Positions 27,435 through 45,976 of a stretch of 64,000 bases of DNA are shown piece by piece. A program made the translations under genes and the position numbers. The notes below the pieces were generated by a model. The model had not been told where the DNA came from, did not search any database, and saw only the letters and a program-made list of their open reading frames with translations. The first letter of the stretch is position 1; every line of letters starts with the position of its first letter. This DNA is from Longimicrobiales bacterium (GTDB taxonomy: Bacteria; Gemmatimonadota; Gemmatimonadetes; Longimicrobiales; Gaopeijiaceae), in NCBI GenBank assembly GCA_041690395.1, contig JAWLHJ010000001.1:384001-448000 (forward strand), in the 5' to 3' direction.

Positions 27435-29227
27435 AATACGAACTCCTCCGTTCCCGCTATCGCGTCGTGAACCCGCGACACCACCGCGGCGAGAGTCGTA
27501 TGCTCGAACATCGTTCCCAACGCGATATCGATGCCGAACTCCTCCTGAATCCGAATCATGGCCTCGACAGCGAGCAAGGAGTGGCCACCCACCTCGAAGA
27601 AGTCGGTGTCTGCGTTCACATGCTCAACGCTGAGAAGGTTCTTCCAGATCGCGGTGATTCGCGCTGACGTGGACTCGCTTGCAGAAGCCGTGCCTTCCGA
27701 GGGGCTTGCGACCTCTTCGGGCGGAGGAAGCGCAGAACGGTCGACCTTCCCGTTGACTGTTAGCGGGATTTGCTCGATGGCCACATACGTGGACGGCAGC
27801 ATGTACGTCGGCAGGTGCCTCGAGAGATTCACGCGGAGTGTATCCTCTAAAGCACTGAGCCCGTCGTGACCCGAACCCAAGACCACATACCCGATCAATC
27901 TGCCGCCGGGCCGATCCAACGAGTATGTAACGACCGCGTCTTCGACCTCGGGAATACGGCGAAGGGCGGATTCGATCTCTCCGAGTTCCACCCTGAACCC
28001 CCGGATCTGAACCTGGTTGTCGGCACGACCCTGGTAGTGAAGGTCTCCGTCCGGCGACCGACGGGCCAGGTCTCCGGAGCGGTACATCCGAAGGCCGTCT
28101 GAGGAAGGGCTGAAGCGCTCGAGAGTGAGTTCCGGCCGGTTCAGGTAACCCTCCGCGACACCATCGCCCAAAACGTGTATCTCGCCGACCTCTCCATCCG
28201 CCACGGGTTCGCCTGACTCGTCGAGCAGCCGGATGTCTACGTGCGGCAGGGGCACGCCGATCGGAGACCACGCCTCTGCCAGGCAATCGGCCTTGGTGAT
28301 CCGGCGAAATGTCGAGTGAATCGTCGTCTCCGTGATCCCATACATGTTGATCATTCGAGGGGTCTCGTCGCCGTGCTCCTCAAACCACTTGGCCAACCGG
28401 CGTGGATCAAGGGCCTCCCCCGCAAAGATCACATGGCGCAACTGCAAGTCGCCTCGCTGAGTTCGAGCTTCTAGGTCCAAGATCGAGTTGAAGGCAGAGG
28501 GGGTCTGGCAAAGCACCGTAACCTGCTCTTGAGCCAGCAGGTCGTATAACGCGTCGGGAGATCGGACCGTGTTGGCGGACGGCACGATGAGGCGCCCTCC
28601 GAACCCCAACGCGCCCCACATCTCCCAGACCGAGACATCGAATCCGTATGAGTGGAACATCGTCCACACGTCGGATTCATTGAAGTTGAAAAGTGCCTCG
28701 GCCGAAACCATGAGCCGCTCGAGGTTCCGATGGGTCACCATGACGCCTTTGGGCCGCCCGGTCGTTCCAGACGTGTAGATGACGTAGGCCAGGGTGTCCG
28801 GGCGGACCGCGCTGGAGCACGGATCCGGAGACGCGGCCGCGACACGTCCGTCCCGGTCGATCTCAACGATGTTCACGAAGCCGGCAAAACGCTCAGCGAG
28901 AGAGCTTTCTGTCAGGAGCACAAGTGGATCAGCGTCGGCGAGGATCAGCCGAAGCCGTTCGTCTGGATTCGATGGATCGAGCGGCACATATGCGCCACCG
29001 GCCTTGAGGACACCGAGTATAGCCACGATCACCGCCGGCGATCGCTCCATGGAGATGGCAACCCGTGCCCCGTCACGCACTCCCATCGAGCGGAGCGCGT
29101 TCGCCACCCGATTCGCTCGGATATCGAGCTCACCATAAGTGACTGCCTCGCCCGACCCCGACAACGCGGGCTTGCTCTCGTGCGATCGCACCTGAGCGTC
29201 GAACAGCTCCAGAACCGTACCTTTCAT
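27431..29227 (-). CDS. Stand-alone A-PCP didomain (Thr-clade-like A domain)
   Basis: YTSGTTGRPKG, FHSYGFDVSVWE, LCQTPSAF, NMYGITETTIH, PCP FFEVGGHSL. Start at ATG 29227 overlaps the upstream stop (ATGA). Confidence 0.92.
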   Translation of the reverse strand: MKGTVLELFDAQVRSHESKPALSGSGEAVTYGELDIRANRVANALRSMGVRDGARVAISMERSPAVIVAILGVLKAGGAYVPLDPSNPDERLRLILADADPLVLLTESSLAERFAGFVNIVEIDRDGRVAAASPDPCSSAVRPDTLAYVIYTSGTTGRPKGVMVTHRNLERLMVSAEALFNFNESDVWTMFHSYGFDVSVWEMWGALGFGGRLIVPSANTVRSPDALYDLLAQEQVTVLCQTPSAFNSILDLEARTQRGDLQLRHVIFAGEALDPRRLAKWFEEHGDETPRMINMYGITETTIHSTFRRITKADCLAEAWSPIGVPLPHVDIRLLDESGEPVADGEVGEIHVLGDGVAEGYLNRPELTLERFSPSSDGLRMYRSGDLARRSPDGDLHYQGRADNQVQIRGFRVELGEIESALRRIPEVEDAVVTYSLDRPGGRLIGYVVLGSGHDGLSALEDTLRVNLSRHLPTYMLPSTYVAIEQIPLTVNGKVDRSALPPPEEVASPSEGTASASESTSARITAIWKNLLSVEHVNADTDFFEVGGHSLLAVEAMIRIQEEFGIDIALGTMFEHTTLAAVVSRVHDAIAGTEEFVL

Positions 29228-30018
29228 CGGGTGCCTCGCTCGAAAAGTGCACCCCGATAGGTGACCTCTCCCGGTGGAATATGGAACGGCACATTGCAAG
29301 CCTTACCGGGATGATGCCACTGTTCGACAGTAGCATACCCCAGATCATGTAACCCTTCGAAGAATCGTCGGAAGTGCCGCACTTTGTACGGGCAGTAGGC
29401 GGTTCCCATGTTGTTCAGGGTCACGAACTCACGGTCAGGGTGGAATGGTGTCGTGCTGACCAACAGATAACGAGGCTCCCCGGGGATTCGTTCGAGCCAC
29501 TCCAAGGGGGACTCCTCAACGTACTGAAGCGAGCCAGCAGCAACGACCAGGTCCGGGGCCGGAATGCGGCTCAAATCGGACTCGAAGGTCAGTCGTTCCA
29601 CTCCGTGGTCGTGCGCCCAACGACGCCCCTCCTCCACGACGGCCGGGACGTCGAACACATACCACTCGGGACCTGCTCCAAGCCACCGTCGAGTGGCGTA
29701 GAACAACGCGCCGCGATGCCCCCCGAAATCGAGCACCCGCTGGTGAGCCCCCCAGCTCCGGCTCAACCAGAACAAGACGGGATAGTGTTCGGGCCAGATT
29801 CTCGCCAAGTGATCTTCGTACAGGAGCGCCGAACCAGGATTATCGTAGCCCAGCTCACGGTTTTCCGGCACATCGCTGAGAGCGTCTGCAAACGAGGAGT
29901 ATACCCCGTAGAAGAGGTTGTGCGTGCCCTCACGCTCGAAGCGACGGCGGTATTTGGCTTTGCGGTAGTTCCGGAGCCCCGGTAGTGACTTGATCCACTC
30001 TTCTATAGGACGGTCCAC
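29224..30018 (-). CDS. Putative SAM-dependent methyltransferase (TIGR04325/LIC12133-like, common in glycan loci)
   Basis: GYDNP, YPVLFWL, VLDFGGHRG, WYVFDVPAVV, GSLQY. Confidence 0.75.
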   Translation of the reverse strand: MDRPIEEWIKSLPGLRNYRKAKYRRRFEREGTHNLFYGVYSSFADALSDVPENRELGYDNPGSALLYEDHLARIWPEHYPVLFWLSRSWGAHQRVLDFGGHRGALFYATRRWLGAGPEWYVFDVPAVVEEGRRWAHDHGVERLTFESDLSRIPAPDLVVAAGSLQYVEESPLEWLERIPGEPRYLLVSTTPFHPDREFVTLNNMGTAYCPYKVRHFRRFFEGLHDLGYATVEQWHHPGKACNVPFHIPPGEVTYRGALFERGTR

Positions 30019-30104
30019 AGATCTTCCCCGGCAGAACGGACTCAGGCGGACCGCGGTACCCTCTCCTCCGGCTGGAGCGCGCGGTCCGTTTCATGCTACG
30101 CAGG

Positions 30105-30120
30105 GGCAACTCTCATGCCG
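30105..30120 (-). promoter_or_regulatory. Putative sigma54 promoter for the methyltransferase/A-PCP/NRPS2/hydrolase operon
   Basis: Minus strand CGGCATGAGAGTTGCC, 13/16 identical to the PEP-CTERM gene box. It is intergenic, about 90 nt upstream of the start. Confidence 0.65.
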
Positions 30121-30122
30121 AC

Positions 30123-30887
30123 CTACGAACCTCCGAGAGTCGTGCGCAGCTGATGAATGATGAAAGCTGTTACGTCGGGCGGTGCCGATGCGAGATAGCT
30201 GTGATTGCCCGGGAAGGCCTTCATGACGAAGGACGCTTTGGTCTCTTCCCGCCATGGATCGAGATCTGCAACGGGAACCACGGGATCATCGATTGCACCG
30301 AGGGCAGTGATGGGGATGGGTAGCAGTGGTCTGGGTGCCACACTATGCTGTGCCAGCGCTTCAAGGTCCGCTCGCAGGCTTCGGAGTGCCATGCCCAGTA
30401 CCTCAGGGTACTTGAGCAACTCTGCTGGAAACCCGCCATATCGATGCTCGACGGCAGCCACCAGCTCGTCATCTGGCAAGGCAAACTCACGTCGCGCTTC
30501 GCGCGGCAATCGTGGGGCCCGGTGGCCGGAGACGAACAGATGGACGGGCAGTGGGTCGTCTCGGTCCGCGAGGGCCAGCGAGGTCTCCCAGGCCACCATC
30601 GCTCCCATGCTGTGCCCCAACAGAGCGATCGGAACGTCATCGATGTGGCTCAGGGCAGGGAGTACCCCAGCCACGATATCCTCCAGACGCCTGAGCGGTG
30701 GTTCGGAAAATCGACTCTCGCGGCCCGGTGAGCTGACACACCATAACTCGACCCAGGTAGGTAGAACGGGACGCCAGGATCCAAACCACCCTGCTCCCGC
30801 TCCGGCAGGCGGAAATGCGACCAGGCGGACCAGTGGCATGCTCCGAGGCGCTGCTCTCAAGAGCCAGCCTCCAACCAGGGATGTCAT
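30123..30887 (-). CDS. Type II (editing) thioesterase
   Basis: RLVAFPPAGAG, PGRESRFSE, GHSMG, LRADL, FPGNHSYL. ATG 30887 has a GAGGAG RBS. Confidence 0.9.
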   Translation of the reverse strand: MTSLVGGWLLRAAPRSMPLVRLVAFPPAGAGAGWFGSWRPVLPTWVELWCVSSPGRESRFSEPPLRRLEDIVAGVLPALSHIDDVPIALLGHSMGAMVAWETSLALADRDDPLPVHLFVSGHRAPRLPREARREFALPDDELVAAVEHRYGGFPAELLKYPEVLGMALRSLRADLEALAQHSVAPRPLLPIPITALGAIDDPVVPVADLDPWREETKASFVMKAFPGNHSYLASAPPDVTAFIIHQLRTTLGGS

Positions 30888-30962
30888 GCCTACGACGTCT
30901 CCTCGCGTTCCCGAGCTCATGCCACTTAGCTTACTCGAGTGTTTCCATCGGAAGGTACATTA

Positions 30963-39623
<8,661 letters not shown>

Positions 39624-39649
39624 GTCTCCCATCCCCCGAGGAGGAAGTC

Positions 39650-40591
39650 ATGTCGGTTGTCGAGAAAGCAGGAGTCGCCGGAGTGTCCACGCGGCACATC
39701 AGGGTCCACGATGACGAGTCGTTTCACCCGCGGCGGGTGTCTCGCCTCAGCCACTCGTTCTCGGATCACCCCCTGCTACAGTTGTCGAGCCTCCGGGGGC
39801 TGGCTGAACGGTTTCGCTCTTCCGGCATTGATCAGGTGAAGTTCATGCGGAGCGGGGCCACTAGTGAAGACCCCTTGAAGATCCTCTCCGAGCACGACCA
39901 GGGTATGTCCCTTGGAGAGGTCTTCGAGCGCATCGAGGAGCCCGGATCCTGGGTTTCGCTCTACAACGTCCAGACGGATCCGGAGTACAGAGAGCTCGTC
40001 GCCGAAGCGATGGCCTGCGTGGCGCCACTTCTCGATGCTCACGATCCGGGCCCTTTCGAAGCAGATGGCTTCATTTTCGTGTCCTCGGCCCCATCAGCAA
40101 CCCCGTTCCACATCGACCGGGAAAACAACTTCTTCCTTCAGATCCGCGGTCGGAAGCGTATGAGCGTCTGGGATCCCTCAGATCGCGTCGTCGTGCCCGA
40201 GGTTGACGTTGAAGACAAGATAGGCCGTGGCTCCTCAAGTAAGGTGCGGTTTCGGAATGAGTTCTTCGAGCGGGCTGTCTTCAATGAAGAACTCGGTCCT
40301 GGACAGGGCGTGTATATGCCCAGCACGGCCGGCCATACGACCAACACCGAGGCTCTACCCATAGGCCAGGATGACACCTATTCGGTCTCTATCGGCCTTG
40401 TCTACTATACGAAGGCGACGCGAAGAGCTGCGTATGCGTATGCACTGAACGACCGTCTGAGGCGTATGGGCCTGAGGCCGCGTCCTCCGTACGAGTCTTC
40501 GATGCTGGACCGACTCAAATATCCGTTCGGGCGCGCTCTGGTCCTCTCCAAGCGAGTTGCCGGAGGATTCAAGATTCCTCCCGGAATGTAG
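39650..40591 (+). CDS. JmjC/cupin-like Fe(II)/2-oxoglutarate oxygenase
   Basis: TPFHIDRENNFFLQIRGRK (HxD) plus distal PSTAGH. ATG 39650 follows GAGGAGGAAG. Confidence 0.8.
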   Translation: MSVVEKAGVAGVSTRHIRVHDDESFHPRRVSRLSHSFSDHPLLQLSSLRGLAERFRSSGIDQVKFMRSGATSEDPLKILSEHDQGMSLGEVFERIEEPGSWVSLYNVQTDPEYRELVAEAMACVAPLLDAHDPGPFEADGFIFVSSAPSATPFHIDRENNFFLQIRGRKRMSVWDPSDRVVVPEVDVEDKIGRGSSSKVRFRNEFFERAVFNEELGPGQGVYMPSTAGHTTNTEALPIGQDDTYSVSIGLVYYTKATRRAAYAYALNDRLRRMGLRPRPPYESSMLDRLKYPFGRALVLSKRVAGGFKIPPGM

Positions 40592-40601
40592 GGCCAGCGA
40601 A

Positions 40602-41330
40602 TCAGTGGCCGCGTACCTCGAGCGAGAAGAACCGGCTCGCTTCCTCGGAACGGTTGTAGATGCCGATGCCTTGGCCGATGGAAGGGCCGTGCATGTCATC
40701 CAGCGCTTCGACGGTGGCGAGCGAGCGCTCGTCACCTGCACGGTGGAGAAAGCCAAGCAGCCTCCACCGTGTCCCATCGTGCTTGGCTCGTAGTGTCAGC
40801 CGGTACTCGCCACTCGAAAGCCCAAGGGTCCTTGTCGTCTCCAGCACCTCGTAAACCGTCGGATCACCGCCCCCATCGTACCGAAGCAGTTGTAACCGGT
40901 CGTTGTAGATCGCGAGCTCGTAAAGGGACTCATGCACGATACCGGGGGGACAGACCAATTGGAGGCCCACACCATCCTGTTGGTCCCAATAGACCTCGCT
41001 GATGATTGCCAGGTCACTCGCCGCTTGGGGGCGATACGCATAGTCATCATCACCATCCTCCGGTCCCGGATCGGCCATTGCTGCGCCGGACGCTGCGTCC
41101 AGATTCACCTGGCCGAAGATGTGCACCCACGCCGGGTCGTAGTCTTGGATTCGCCCCTCCGGCCCGGAGAAGTCCTCTGACCATAGTGGGGGAAGGGAGT
41201 CCGCGTCTGTCAGAGGTTCGCCGATGACACAGGCCGACGACCACACCGCAAGTGAGAGGTGTGCCAGCCGGCGAAGTCGGAAGGACAAGCCCCGAAGTGT
41301 CTCACAAGTCAACTCGGTCAGCACCGTCAT
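40602..41330 (-). CDS. Hypothetical secreted/lipoprotein, beta-rich
   Basis: Basic-then-hydrophobic N-terminus ending SSAC, followed by an acidic, aromatic-rich mature part. Start uncertain. Confidence 0.5.
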   Translation of the reverse strand: MTVLTELTCETLRGLSFRLRRLAHLSLAVWSSACVIGEPLTDADSLPPLWSEDFSGPEGRIQDYDPAWVHIFGQVNLDAASGAAMADPGPEDGDDDYAYRPQAASDLAIISEVYWDQQDGVGLQLVCPPGIVHESLYELAIYNDRLQLLRYDGGGDPTVYEVLETTRTLGLSSGEYRLTLRAKHDGTRWRLLGFLHRAGDERSLATVEALDDMHGPSIGQGIGIYNRSEEASRFFSLEVRGH

Positions 41331-41648
41331 TAGCGGTGCCAATCCGGAGGGGTGGCGTCGGCCCCACACCGGAGCATTCCGAGAAGACTCTGCATCAGGA
41401 TGCTCCTCTGCCCATAGTTGCCGTGGGAAGCATGAGGTTCGCGGGGGCGATGGAAGAGTGTTGGCAGAACACGTTAAGCTCTGAGATCAGCGTAGAAAAA
41501 CCCGACGAAGCCGCCCACTCCTAGGAAGTCTGGGTCGGCCTCATCGACTCCGCAAACTCGATCTGCGCTCCCCATGGTCGAGGCGCTCAGGGTCGAGCGA
41601 AGGGATCCTCCGGCCCGTTGGCGGCAGCTCGCTGAAGGGAGAAGGTAA

Positions 41649-42200
41649 TCAACGATCCAGGACGCGCGCGACCTCGTCGATGCACCGCTCGATGCGCTCA
41701 AACGTGCGCTCGAACTCCTTGCGAGGCTTGCCCCAAGGATCGATGATCGCCCGCTTTCCAGCCCACATCGGATCAAAATCCCCCAACCAGAACACACGAC
41801 GTGGGGCTCTGCCGCCGAAGCGGCGAAGGCGGGCGACATTGAATCGGTCGAACAGGAACACTACGTCCGCCGACTCGAGCAGCTCGGGCGTAAGTGTCTT
41901 AGACCGATGGTTCGCATGTTCAATCCCACGACTCCGAGCCACTTCCAGGGCGGTATCCGGAGGGGGGCGACCTGGACCGATAAAGCCCGCCGAATCGACG
42001 TGTCGAGCCATCAACCGAGCCTCGAGCACGCGGTGGCCGTAGGGGCTACGACAAACGTTGCCGAGACAAAGGAACAGGATGGACTTAGGATCCAAGTCTC
42101 GCAGTCGTTCCGTGGCGCGCGCTTTGCGCTTCGGGTGCAGGCTTGCGTCGAATGCGTCTCGGGTCCTGGCTAAAGCACTACGGAGGAGTTGGAACGGCAT
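41649..42200 (-). CDS. Low-molecular-weight protein tyrosine phosphatase (Wzb-like)
   Basis: P-loop CLGNVCRS, VDSAG, IIDPW. Confidence 0.88.
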   Translation of the reverse strand: MPFQLLRSALARTRDAFDASLHPKRKARATERLRDLDPKSILFLCLGNVCRSPYGHRVLEARLMARHVDSAGFIGPGRPPPDTALEVARSRGIEHANHRSKTLTPELLESADVVFLFDRFNVARLRRFGGRAPRRVFWLGDFDPMWAGKRAIIDPWGKPRKEFERTFERIERCIDEVARVLDR

Positions 42201-42301
42201 GTCTGCTGCTCAAGGAGATAACACATCGATTCGCCGACGAGAGGTTTTGGTCCGTGGCTTCACGCGGGCGGCAGTGACTCACCCGACAAGATAGTGACAA
42301 G

Positions 42302-42317
42302 TGGCTGCCTTGTTGCT
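42302..42317 (+). promoter_or_regulatory. Putative sigma54 promoter for the FemAB-like gene
   Basis: TGGCTGCCTTGTTGCT, about 78 nt upstream of ATG 42395. Confidence 0.55.
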
Positions 42318-42394
42318 TTGCAGGGTGTCTCTAGTTTGGAGATGCACCCCCTTCCGGGCAGATCTGACTTTACCGGACTCCCCCCGTTCGAGAT

Positions 42395-43447
42395 ATGATG
42401 CATCTGAGAAACGCCGAACGTCCCATTACCGTTCAGCCCTTCTCCGGATCCGCGCGGGAATGGGACGACACCGTCGGACGTCTCGGCGGAGGCACGTTCT
42501 GCCATCTCGCCGGCTGGCGCCAAGTCATGGAAGAGGTGTTCGGACATGAGGCGTGGTGGTGGTCGGCAGTAGACGCCGAGAGCACGTGTCAGGGCCTGCT
42601 GCCGCTGGTGCGGGTGAAGAGTGCGCTCTTCGGGGACTATCTCGTCTCCATGCCATTTCTCAGCTACGGCGGCCCCATCGGATCCGAACCGGCGCGGGCG
42701 GCTTTGGCGGCTCACGCCGTGGAAGAAGCCCGTCGCCTGGGTGTCGACCTGCTCGAGCTTCGGGACCGACGGGAGGTGCCAGGCGGCTTGTCCGTCTCTA
42801 ATCGGAAGATCACCGTGATCAAGGAGCTCCCGAAGAGTTCCGAGGAGCTCTGGGAGGACGGCCTGAAAGCGAAGGTCCGGAGCCAGGTCAGACGACCGAT
42901 GAAGGAGGGCCTGGAGGGGCGGATCGGGGCCGAGCATGTCGACGGCTTTTACGAGATCTTCTCCACGACGATGAGAGACCTCGGCACGCCCGTTCTGCCG
43001 AAGAGATTCTTCGAGGCGTTGCTGGAGCACTTCCCGGACCACGTTGTCTTTGCCGTTGTCGAGGGCGCAGGTATTCCGATGGCTGCAGGATGTGGTTTCC
43101 TGTGGGGCGGTGAGTTCGAAGTCACCTGGGCGGGGGCACTCCGGGAGCATAGCCGCGTCGCACCGAACATGCTCCTCTACTGGTCGCTGATGGAGGAGTC
43201 CGTTCGCCGGGGCGCCCACGCTTTCAACTTCGGGCGATGCTCTCCCGGGTCGGGGACGCACAGGTTCAAGAAGCAGTGGGACACAGAGGACCACCCCCTG
43301 CCTTGGGCGCAGTGGTCCCCGAGCGGTGTGGTCGCCACTCCCAACCCGGACAGCCCCAAGTTCCGGCTCGCGACGCAGGCTTGGCAGAAGCTCCCTCTGG
43401 GCGTGGCCAACGCGGTGGGACCCATCCTTGCCCGCTCGCTCCCTTAG
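42395..43447 (+). CDS. FemAB-related protein, PEP-CTERM/exosortase A system-associated
   Basis: GTFCHLAGW, SALFGDYLVSMPFLSYGG, MRDLGTPV, PNMLLYW, FNFGRC, FKKQW, NPDSPKFRL. Confidence 0.88.
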   Translation: MMHLRNAERPITVQPFSGSAREWDDTVGRLGGGTFCHLAGWRQVMEEVFGHEAWWWSAVDAESTCQGLLPLVRVKSALFGDYLVSMPFLSYGGPIGSEPARAALAAHAVEEARRLGVDLLELRDRREVPGGLSVSNRKITVIKELPKSSEELWEDGLKAKVRSQVRRPMKEGLEGRIGAEHVDGFYEIFSTTMRDLGTPVLPKRFFEALLEHFPDHVVFAVVEGAGIPMAAGCGFLWGGEFEVTWAGALREHSRVAPNMLLYWSLMEESVRRGAHAFNFGRCSPGSGTHRFKKQWDTEDHPLPWAQWSPSGVVATPNPDSPKFRLATQAWQKLPLGVANAVGPILARSLP

Positions 43448-43464
43448 CTACCGCGGAGCCACCC

Positions 43465-44703
43465 CTAGCTCTCCGCCTTCACAACGTGCCGCCGCGTAGG
43501 CTCCCAGAGGGCGTCCCTCTGGCCCAGCAAGACCCTGAGGAACGCGTGTGCGGCGGCGAGGTTGCCGGCCACCAGAAAGGCTGGTACAGAGAAGATGCGT
43601 GGGGTGTTAGGACGTTCGGCCATCGTCCACCCGATTCCGGCGAGCGCGAGGATCACGACCCCGACGGCGAACAAGGACCGCGCCCAGCTGTTGGTCAGCG
43701 CCATCACGCCAAGGGCGAGAAAGGAGGCGATCGCGGCCCAAGGAAGGGCCCAGCGGAAGACCTTATGGCTGAGGAGCTTCCAGGCGAAGAGGCCGTTCGT
43801 GAACAGGTTCATGAGTTGGCGCTTGTACCACAGGGTCTGCATGCCCCTGGTGATGGTGCGCACCTTCCTGCGGTACTCCCTACGAAGGTTCGGGGACCGG
43901 GGGACGTAGCACACGGCTTCAGGGACGGACACCGTTCGGAACCCATGCTGATGAGTGTGGAGAGCGGCGGCGAAGTCGCGGCTGAGAGATTCGGGAAGTG
44001 AGAGTCGGTGAAGCTCTGGGCGGATGGCGTAGAAGCAGCCCGACGCCCCGATGATGCCACCGATACGCGTCTCCAGGAAGCGGATACCCATCTCGTAACC
44101 TACGTAGCCGGCTTCGCCGACGTTTGCGTCGCCTTTGGCGGAGCCGACGCTCACGTCCCGGCCCGAGGCGCATCCGACCTGCGGGTCCGCGAACACCGAG
44201 ATGAGCGGCTTGAGCGCATCGGGGCGGATGCGGATGGAAGCGTCCATGTTAACGATGATATCCCCGCGGAGATGGCCGATGGCGGCACTCTCTGCCTTGG
44301 TTTTCCCCGACCGCTCCGGCAGGCGGAGCAACTCAATGCCCTCGGATGCGTAGGTGCCTACGATCTCGTCCGTAGCGTCGGAGGATGCGTCCGACACGAT
44401 GAGCACCTGGATTCGGTCTCGGGGGTAATCCACGGCCAGGAGGCTCCGCATGAGTTCGTCTATCTGATCTTGCTCGTTGTAGGCCGGCACGCATACGGAG
44501 ATATTGGGCCACTCGACCGGATTCTCGGAAGCATCGGCCTCCCGCCGGGAGACCTTGCCCAACACGAGGAGGGCGAGGGGGTACCCGACGTAGGTATAGA
44601 GCAGGAGGGCCAGAGCGCTGGCCATTACCACCATGGGGATGTCGTTCATCGTCCCGTGCGCAGTTGGAGCGAAGTCACAGTCAATCTGTTGGACCCGTGC
44701 CAC
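43465..44703 (-). CDS. GT2 glycosyltransferase with TM segments
   Basis: YTYVGYP, VPAYNE, SDASSDAT, GKT, MDAS, GASGCFYAIR, RRKVRTITRG, SHKVFRW. The true start may be slightly downstream (MNDIPM). Confidence 0.88.
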   Translation of the reverse strand: MARVQQIDCDFAPTAHGTMNDIPMVVMASALALLLYTYVGYPLALLVLGKVSRREADASENPVEWPNISVCVPAYNEQDQIDELMRSLLAVDYPRDRIQVLIVSDASSDATDEIVGTYASEGIELLRLPERSGKTKAESAAIGHLRGDIIVNMDASIRIRPDALKPLISVFADPQVGCASGRDVSVGSAKGDANVGEAGYVGYEMGIRFLETRIGGIIGASGCFYAIRPELHRLSLPESLSRDFAAALHTHQHGFRTVSVPEAVCYVPRSPNLRREYRRKVRTITRGMQTLWYKRQLMNLFTNGLFAWKLLSHKVFRWALPWAAIASFLALGVMALTNSWARSLFAVGVVILALAGIGWTMAERPNTPRIFSVPAFLVAGNLAAAHAFLRVLLGQRDALWEPTRRHVVKAES

Positions 44704-44780
44704 ATTTCTGTGGGTTACCAGCGACGCTTCTCGGCCTAACAGGCCCGCCCCCCGTACACCGTTACCACGTGGACGGTCGT

Positions 44781-44796
44781 TGGCACCCTTAGTGCG
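44781..44796 (+). promoter_or_regulatory. Putative sigma54 promoter for the deacetylase gene
   Basis: TGGCACCCTTAGTGCG (GG-N10-GC) in the divergent intergenic region. Confidence 0.5.
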
Positions 44797-44953
44797 TTCA
44801 CGTATGCTCCACCCGGCTCGGCGTCCGCACTCAGGCGCTCCTCGACGTCACGCAACAAGGAAGCCAGAAAAGCATGCGCGGTCCAGCAGCTGTGATGTGT
44901 AAGGAGCGGCATCGCCCAATCCATCGCCATGCGATCCGCAACAAGGAGGGCCC

Positions 44954-45946
44954 TTGATCGTCACCATCACGATTGACACGGAGGAAGACGACTGGGGCTC
45001 TTACGTGATGCACGGTGCGTCTACGGAGAACATACTGCACCTGAACGAGCTCCAGGAGCTGTTCGAGCGGTTCGGTGCGCGACCTACCTATCTGATCAAC
45101 AGACCGCCTCTCGTCCAGGACGAGTCCCTTCGAATCCTGAAAGAGCTCGCGGCCCGTGAGGACGTGGAGATCGGCGGGCATTGCCATCCGTGGAACACAC
45201 CGCCCGCGACCGGCGAGGGCGAGGACCGCTCCATGATGTTCGCGCTCCCACTGAAGGCGAACCGAGGCAAGATCAAGGAAGTCACCCGGCTCATCGAGTC
45301 CGAGTTGGAGGTTCGGCCTCGGAGCTTCCGGGCTGGACGATGGGGCTTCGGCCCCACGGTTTCGGAGGCCCTGGTCGCCGAGGGCTACGAAATCGACTGC
45401 TCGGTGAGTCCCCTCATCGACTGGTCTCCTATTGGCGGACCAGACTATGGCGAAGCGCCCCTCGTCCCATACCGCTGCCGTGCGTCGAAGCCCCTTGCCC
45501 CTGATCAGTCGGGTGACCTCATAGAACTCCCTACGACGGTGGGCTTCCTTCATGGCGATCCTGCCGTCCGGGGACGCTGGCGGCGTCAGCTCGAGAACAG
45601 CCGTCTGACAAAGCTCAAGCTAGTGGGTATCGCCGACAGGACGGGGTTGGCGACTCGTCGGTGGCTTTCGCCCGAGAACAGCACCGGGGCTGAGATGAGA
45701 CGCTTGGTCGAGGCTTGCCGAGAGTCTGGCTTCAGCTACGCGTCCATGACCTTCCATTCATGCACACTCCTTCCTGGAGCGACGCCGTTCGTCCGGAATG
45801 GAGCTGAACGCATGGAGTTCGTGGGTCGGATCGAGAGCTTCTTGGCGTACTGCCGAGATCAAGGGTTCAGCATGCGGACCCTTTCCGAGGCAGCCGTCGA
45901 TCTCGGTCTCACGGGGTCTCCGGAGAATGAAATCGCGTCCGCCTGA
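44954..45946 (+). CDS. Polysaccharide deacetylase (CE4/WalW-like)
   Basis: TTG start with AAGGAGG RBS. Motifs TIDTEED, EIGGHCHPWNTPP, FRAGRWG, RWLSPE, TFHS. Confidence 0.85.
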   Translation: MIVTITIDTEEDDWGSYVMHGASTENILHLNELQELFERFGARPTYLINRPPLVQDESLRILKELAAREDVEIGGHCHPWNTPPATGEGEDRSMMFALPLKANRGKIKEVTRLIESELEVRPRSFRAGRWGFGPTVSEALVAEGYEIDCSVSPLIDWSPIGGPDYGEAPLVPYRCRASKPLAPDQSGDLIELPTTVGFLHGDPAVRGRWRRQLENSRLTKLKLVGIADRTGLATRRWLSPENSTGAEMRRLVEACRESGFSYASMTFHSCTLLPGATPFVRNGAERMEFVGRIESFLAYCRDQGFSMRTLSEAAVDLGLTGSPENEIASA

Positions 45947-45976
45947 TGACCCGTGACACCTTTTGGGGGCCGAGAC

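Noticed and set aside
30047..30088. Inverted repeat CGGACCGCG...CGCGGTCCG in the methyltransferase leader as a riboswitch or terminator
   Set aside because: No U-tract on the transcribed strand and no recognisable aptamer. A 9-bp GC stem is unremarkable at this GC content, at most a 5' stabilising hairpin.
30123..30887. Type II thioesterase as the product-release enzyme
   Set aside because: It has standard editing TEII motifs. Release cannot be excluded, but nothing in the sequence favours it.
42270..42285. Minus-strand CGGGTGAGTCACTGCC as a sigma54 box for the phosphatase
   Set aside because: Only the GG-N10-GC skeleton matches, and both flanking elements deviate from consensus.
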